Positions 57,532 to 64,000 of a stretch of 64,000 nt of DNA are shown here, one piece after another. The stretch's first letter is position 1. Each line of letters starts with the position of its first letter. The notes beneath the pieces were generated by a model. That model had not been told where the DNA came from and did not search any database. It saw only the letters and a list, made by a program, of their open reading frames with translations. The stretch is from Macrostomum lignano (Eukaryota), in the NCBI GenBank assembly GCA_002269645.1, contig NIVC01001700.1, forward strand, positions 201,923 through 265,922. The letters are read 5' to 3'. The position numbers and the translations under genes are program-made.

Positions 57532-60500
57532 TTAGTAGTGATCCTTCGTGGTTCTATAAGACGCTGCCGTGAGCCCCCGCGGCCTATTGGGCTGCTGCTT
57601 GCACCATCTGGTGAGCGCGTCTGCAACATATTCCATCAGCAGCACCACCAGGCCGCAGGCGTAGAACCCGGCCGCTATGATGAACCCGCCGCTCGACTCC
57701 TCGATGCCGATTGGTTTGCTGTCCGACAGAGAGCTGTCCTGACTGCAGATGTTCTCAGCTCGCCACCACTTCTGTATCCAGCGGGCGATGAGGCCCGAGT
57801 CGATCATGCTGCGGATTCTGGAGGCGAAAGGTTTTGAGCTGGCTTGATTGATCGGCGATTACTTACTGGGGATAGTCCAATCGAGTTTTGTTTTTTGTTG
57901 AATTGTCTCCAAGGATGCTCGAGAGGTTGGGATTAAGATTAGTGAGATTTGAATCCGCTGGGATAAGAGATAATGAGGTCTGGGATCATCGCTGATCGTG
58001 ATCTTAAAGCAGATTGGGATCTGCAGGGCTCATAAAGATTAGGATCTGGGATAATAAAAATTGGAATCTGGGTTCATAAAGATTGGGATCTAGGATCAGA
58101 GAGATCGGGATCTTAAAGCAGATTGGGATCTGCAGGGCTCATAAAGATTGGGATCTGGGATAATACAAATTGGAATCTGGGTTCATAAAGATTGGGATCT
58201 AGGATCAGAGAGATCGGGATCTGGGATCATAAAGATTTGGATCTGGGATCATAAAGATTGAGATCTGTGATCATAAAGATTTGGATCTGGGATCATAAAG
58301 ATTGGGATCTGGGATCATAAAGATTGGGATCTGGGATCATAAAGATTTGGATCTGGGATCATAAAGATTGAGATCTGGGATCATAAAGATTGAGATCTGG
58401 GATCATAAAGATTGAGATCTAGGATAATAAAAATTGGAATCTGGGTTCATAAAGATTGTGATCTAGGATCAGAGAGATCGGGATCTGGGATCATAAAAAT
58501 TGAAATCTGGGATCAAAAAGATTTGGATCTGGGATCATAAAGATTGAGATCTGAGATCATAAAGATTTGGATCTGGGATCATAAAGATTGAGATCTGTGA
58601 TCATAAAGATTGAGATCTGTGATCATAAAGATTGAGATCTGGAATCATAAAGATTTGGATCTGGGATCATAAAGATTGGGATCTGGGATCATAAAGATTG
58701 AGATCTGTGATCATAAAGATTTGGATCTGGGATCATAAAGATTGAGATCTGGAATCATAAAGATTTGGATCTGGGATCATAAAGATTGAGATCTGTGATC
58801 ATAAAGATTGAGATCTGGAATCATAAAGATTTGGATCTTGGGATCATAAAGATTTGGATCTGGGATCATAAAGATTGAGATCTGTGATCATAAAGATTGA
58901 GATCTGGAATCATAAAGATTTGGATCTTGGGATCATAAAGATTGAGATCTGGGATCATAAAGATTGAGATCTAGGATAATAAAAATTGGAATCTGGGTTC
59001 ATAAAGATTGGGATCTAGGATCAGAGAGATCGGGATCTGGGATCAAAAAGATTGAAATATGGGATCATAAAGATTTGGATCTGCGATCATAAAGATTGAG
59101 ATCTCTGATCATAAAGATTCTAAGATCATAAAGATTGGGATTTGAGATCATAAAGATTGGAATCTGGGATGACAAAGATTGGGATCTGGGATCATAAAGA
59201 TTGAGATCTGGGATCATAAAGATTTGGATCTGGGATCATAAAGATTGAGATCTGGAATCATAAAGATTTGGATCTGGGATCATAAAGATTGGGATCTGGG
59301 ATCATAAAGATTCTAAGATCATAAATATTGGGATTTGAGATCATAAAGATTGGAATCTGGGATGACAAAGATTGGGATCTGGGATCATAAAGATTGAGAT
59401 CTTGGATCATAAAGATTTGGATCTGGGATCATAAAGATTGAGATCTGGGATCATAAAGATTGAGATCTGGGATAATAAAAATTGGAATCTGGGTTCATAA
59501 AGATTGGGATCTAGGATCAGAGAGATCGGGATCTGGGATCATAAAGATTGAAATCTGGGATCATAAAGATTTGGATCTGGGATCATAAAGATTGAGATCT
59601 GGGATCATAAAGATTGAGATCTAGGATAATAAAAATTGGAATCTGGGTTCATAAAGATTGTGATCTAGGATCAGAGAGATCGGGATCTGGGATCATAAAG
59701 ATTGAAATCTGGGATCATAAAGATTTGGATCCGGGATCATAAAGATTGAGATCTGGGATCATAAAGATTTGGATCTGGGATCATAAAGATTTGGATCTGG
59801 GATTATAAAGATTGAGATCTGTGATCATAAAGATTGAGATCTGGAATCATAAAGATTTGGATCTGGGATCATAAAGATTGGGATCTGGGATCATAAAGAT
59901 TTTAAGATCATAAAGATTGGGATTTGAGATCATAAAGATTGGAATCTGGGATGACAAAGATTGGGATCTGGGATCATAAAGATTGGAATCTGGGATCATA
60001 GAGATTCTAAGATCATAAAGATTGGGATTTGGGATCATAAAGATTTGGATTTGGGATCAGAGAGATTGGGATCTGGGATCACAAAGATCGGGATCTGGGG
60101 TCATAAAGATTGGGATCTGGGATCATAAAGATTCTAAGATCATAATATTGGGATTTGGGATCATAAATATTGGGATCTGGGATCAGAGAGATCGGGATCA
60201 GGGATCATAAAGATTGGGATCTGGAATCACAAAGATTTGGGTCTGGTATCATAAAGATTGCACCTACTCCCTGTTGATGTCGGCCTTGTACACAGCAGAC
60301 TTGCGCATCGGCCAGCCGAAGGTGGCCACATTGAAGATGTCGCTGAGCAGCAGCAGGTCGCAGTTGGTGAGGGCGATGTACCGCAGCTGGGTACTGTCGG
60401 AAATGTAGGCGTACTGTTGGGTGCCGTTGGCCACCAAATCCACGCCCTGGTAGGTCTCCGTAATGAAGGGCATGTCAGTCATGAGCGAGTAGATCTTCGA

Positions 60501-63500
60501 GTAGGTGCTGCCCGGTGCTGAGGTCTGGGAAGAGTTCGATTAGGATTTGGGGATTCGAATTTTTTTATAAGAAGTATCTTGACAATGGTAGGAATCATAG
60601 AAATGTTAGATGCCTTTTAAGGGTGGATTATTTTTTTAGCATATTAGATGTTTAGATTGGTAGAAAAATGGTAATTTAGTAAAATGATGGGTTGGTAAAA
60701 CTGTAGCTTAGTAGATTGTCGGCGGATTGGTAGAATGGTAGATGATTACAATGGCAAACTGGTATATCAGAGATTGTTATATATTGGCATATTGGTACAA
60801 GGGTAGATTGGAAGATTATTAGAATCGCATTGGTAGAGTCGTAGATTGGTAGAGTGGTAGATACGTGTAGGTGGAATGGTAGATTGGTAGAATCGTAGTT
60901 AGGCAGAATGGTAGATTGTTAGAATGATAGATTGTTAGATGTGTAGAATAGTGCATTGATTGATGGCTAGATTGGTATATTTGTAGAATCGTAGTTAGTA
61001 GAATGGTAGATTGCTAGATTGGCAGAATGGTAGATTAAGTGGATTGTTAGATTTGCAGATTGGTAGAATCTTAGATAGGCAGAATTGTAGATTAGTAGAA
61101 TGGTAGATTGATAAACTAGTAAGATTGAGAGACTGGTAGATACATGCGGTATAACTGTCGATGTTAGAATGGTAGATTAGTAGAATGGTAGATTGATAAA
61201 CTAGAAGATTGATATACTGGTAGATACATGCGGTATATTTGTTGATTTTAGAATGGTAGATTGGCTAGATTGGTAGACTATTGCAATCTAGTGCCCGCTT
61301 CGGGGCGCCCAATAAGCAAGGAGCAAAAATTATTCATGCAAATCAATTAAAACAACACATTTTCTTAAGAACTAATACCTTCTACAGTTTTATAAATCAC
61401 CTTATTCCAGTAAAATTGTCATGGACAAAGATTCTTGCTTCTAAAAGTAACAAAAGTACGCAACAAAATAAAGCCCTCACAAAGATAACAGGCATTCCCC
61501 CTAAATCGAAAGTATCCCCCAGACCGCAAGCATCCCCCCATCCCCCGAGATAGCAAGCATCCCCCAGACAGCAAGCATCCCCCCATCCCCCCAGATAGCA
61601 AGCATCCCCCAGATAGCAAGCATCCCCCAGACAGCAAGCATCCCTCATATAACAAGCATCCCTCATATAACAAGCCCCTCAGATAGCAAGCATACCCAGA
61701 TAGCAAGCATCCCCAGATAGCAAGCATCCCTCAGATAGCAAGCATCCCTCAGATAACAAGCCCCTCAGATAGCAAGCATCCCCAGATAACAAGCATCCCT
61801 CAGATAGCAAGCATTCCTCAGATAACAAGCCCCTCAGATAGCAAGCATCCCCAGATAACAAGCATCCCTCAGATAGCAAGCATTCCTCAGATAACAAGCC
61901 CCTCAGATAGCAAGCATCCCTCAGATAACAAGCCCCTCAGATAGCAAGCATCCCCAGATAACAAGCACCCCTCAGATAGCAAGCATTCCTCAGATAACAA
62001 GCCCCTCAGGTAGCAAGCATCCCCCAGACAGCAAGCATTCGGCAACAGCAAGCAAGTAGATTAGTAGAATGGCAGGCGGTAGAGGCGGTTTTCTAGAACT
62101 GCAGATTGGTAAGTAAGTTGGACAGAACTGTAAATTATTGCTGCTGAGCAAGCATGGCACTTTGCTGCCGCCAACCTGGAAAAGCGTCTGCACGTTGGTG
62201 CCGGACTTCACCACTGGCCGGATGACTGTCTGGCCGGCCAGCTCCTCCAGATTCTTCACCGTCGCAGCCGGGATGTTCAGCGTGAGGTAGCCGATCATGT
62301 CCGCGGTGTAGTAGGCCATCATCACCACCGTGACGATCCACCAGAAGCCCAGGACGAAACGGGAGGAGGAGGCGACCGGGTAGAAGTCCTGGCCTGTGTG
62401 GGTGAGGATGGGGTGGGTGAGTAAGGATTGGGGTGGGTGAGTAAGGATTGGGGTGGGTGAGTAAGGATTGGGGTGGGTGAGTAAGGATTGGGGTGGGTGA
62501 GTGAGGATTGGGGTGGGTGAGTAAGGATTGGGGTGGGTGAGTAAGGAGTGGGGTGGGTGAGTAAGGATTGGGGTGGGTGAGTGAGGATTGGGGTGGGTGA
62601 GTAAGGATTGGGGTGGGTGAGTAAGGATTGGGGTGGGTGAGTGAGGATTTGAGTGGGTGGATGAGTGAGGAGTGGGGTGGGTGAGTGAGTAGTGGGGTAT
62701 GTGAGTGAGGATTTGGGTATGAGTGAAAATTGGGGTGGATGAGTGAGGATATGTGAGAAAGTGAGTGAGAATTCGTGTTGGTGAGTGAACGGATTGGTGG
62801 ATTGGAGCTGCAGCCATAGCTCGCATGGATTAATAAGCAGATTCGCACCTTGCTGCAGCAGCGAGCCAACGATAGACCAAAAATTCTCCCTTATCGACAC
62901 CTCGTCGGAGATCTTCTCCGACAGATTCATGTTCCAGGCGGAGAATGGCGACAGGTAGGAGAACAGGAACATACACACGGCGGCGGTGAACACAGAGCCA
63001 AGGATGGCCAGCCAGCTGTTCAGGGAGAACGGCGACAGCACTCGGAACATAGGGTTCTCCTGGCCTGGGGTCGGTTTCAGGGACGTTTTGGATTGAAGTT
63101 CAGAGGTCCAACAAATCACGAGAGCTCAAGGTACCAAAAAAGAGATTTCAGGGGTCCCAGTAAAAAGGTGTCAGAATTCCTAAAAATCAGGGGTCAGAGG
63201 TCTAAATAAGAGGTGTCAGGGCCTTCAAAAGAGGTGTCAGGGACCGCAGTAAGCGAGGTGTCAGGGACCGCCGCAATAAGCGAGGTGTCAGGAACCGCAA
63301 TAAGCGGGGTGTCAGGGACCGCAGTAAGCGAGGTGTCAGGAACCGCAATAAGCGAAGTGTCAGGGACCTCAATGAGAGAGGTGTCAGGGACCGCAATGAG
63401 AGAGGTGTCAGGGACCGCAATGAGAGAGGTGTCAGGGACCGCAATGAGAGAGGTGTCAGGGACCGCAATGAGAGAGGTGTCAGGGACCGCAATGAGAGAG

Positions 63501-64000
63501 GTGTCAGGGACCGCAATGAGAGAGGTGTCAGGGACCGCAATGAGAGAGGTGTCAGGGACCGCAATGAGAGAGGTGTCAGGGACCTCAATAAGAGAGGTGT
63601 CAGGGACCGCAATGAGAGAGGTGTCATGGACCACAATGAGAGAGGTGTCATGGACCACAATGAGAGAGGTGTCATGGACCACAATGAGAGAGGTGTCAGG
63701 GTCTCCAATAAATTAATCTCCATGAAAGCCTCAAAAACTCGATAAGCTGTTTTCCTTGGATCACCTGGCTTTTTAATCAAAATCGTATTGCCATCCTCCA
63801 TGAAGGCCTCGGAGAAGTCAATCACGGTCTGCCGGATCGCCGTCATCGTGAACGGCCCGATGGCGAAGTCGATTTTCTACAGAAAGAATTTCGGTGGCAA
63901 TTCCACAATTACTGCTAGCCAATATTAGCTAATAAAGGCTTGTGTTCAGAGGCTACAGACCCTGTCCAGAATTTCCTTGACCATGCCGTTCCATGTGCCG
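57532..64000 (-). CDS. Ionotropic glutamate receptor-family / IR-type channel, 3' portion (5' end outside the window)
   Basis: Exons 63961-64000 (partial, GTWNGMVKEILDR), 63765-63876 (IDFAIGPFTMTAIRQTVIDFS), 62849-63064 (M1, pore SLLQQG), 62176-62393 (M3, start of S2), 60268-60524 (S2), 57532-57817 (M4, stop). All phases are compatible. Confidence 0.9.
57990..60260. repeat. 22-bp minisatellite, about 100 copies (last iGluR intron)
   Basis: Unit GATCATAAAGATTGGGATCTGG and variants. Confidence 0.95.
60640..62040. repeat. Degenerate GGTAGATT repeat (about 60640-61278) and 17-18-bp CAGATAGCAAGCATCCC repeat (about 61516-62040)
   Basis: Read directly from the sequence. Confidence 0.8.
62398..62770. 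repeat. 20-bp G-rich minisatellite abutting an iGluR acceptor
   Basis: Unit GGGTGGGTGAGTAAGGATTG. Confidence 0.9.
63200..63705. repeat. 24-bp minisatellite, about 21 copies
   Basis: Unit GAGGTGTCAGGGACCGCAATGAGA. Confidence 0.95.

Noticed and set aside
63718-63810. 15-bp near-duplicate (EAFME codons) of an iGluR exon in the adjacent intron, in frame
   Set aside because: Too short to separate from a local microduplication or chance, and there are no flanking splice sites for an alternative exon.

Overview
This window is eukaryotic (metazoan) genomic DNA, not prokaryotic. It has GC-rich spliced exons with GT-AG introns, AT-rich spacers, and about 24 kb (roughly 35-40%) of tandem repeats. The style resembles a repeat-rich invertebrate such as the flatworm Macrostomum, but that is an unverified inference. 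I spliced the genes by hand. (1) An intronless 97-aa secreted prepropeptide (532-825, +) with a furin site and a 17-residue Cys ring. (2) A 10-exon Delta-type Notch ligand (5921-26374, -). (3) A divergent eIF5A (32638-33472, +). (4) A clear KEAP1 orthologue (38907-44697, +). (5) SARAF/TMEM66 (51445-53514, -). (6) A divergent RPL32 (55743-56168, +). (7) The 3' part of an iGluR/IR-type ion channel with a non-canonical M3 gate motif (57532 to beyond 64000, -). The window also holds a tRNA-derived SINE with a TSD, several MITEs, a Merlin/ISXO2-like transposase remnant and about 30 distinct mini/microsatellites, most lying next to splice sites. Nearly all long ORFs in the supplied track are artefacts of these arrays. 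No CRISPR, rRNA or true tRNA genes were seen. Exon coordinates were counted by hand, every junction keeps the reading frame, and repeat boundaries are approximate.
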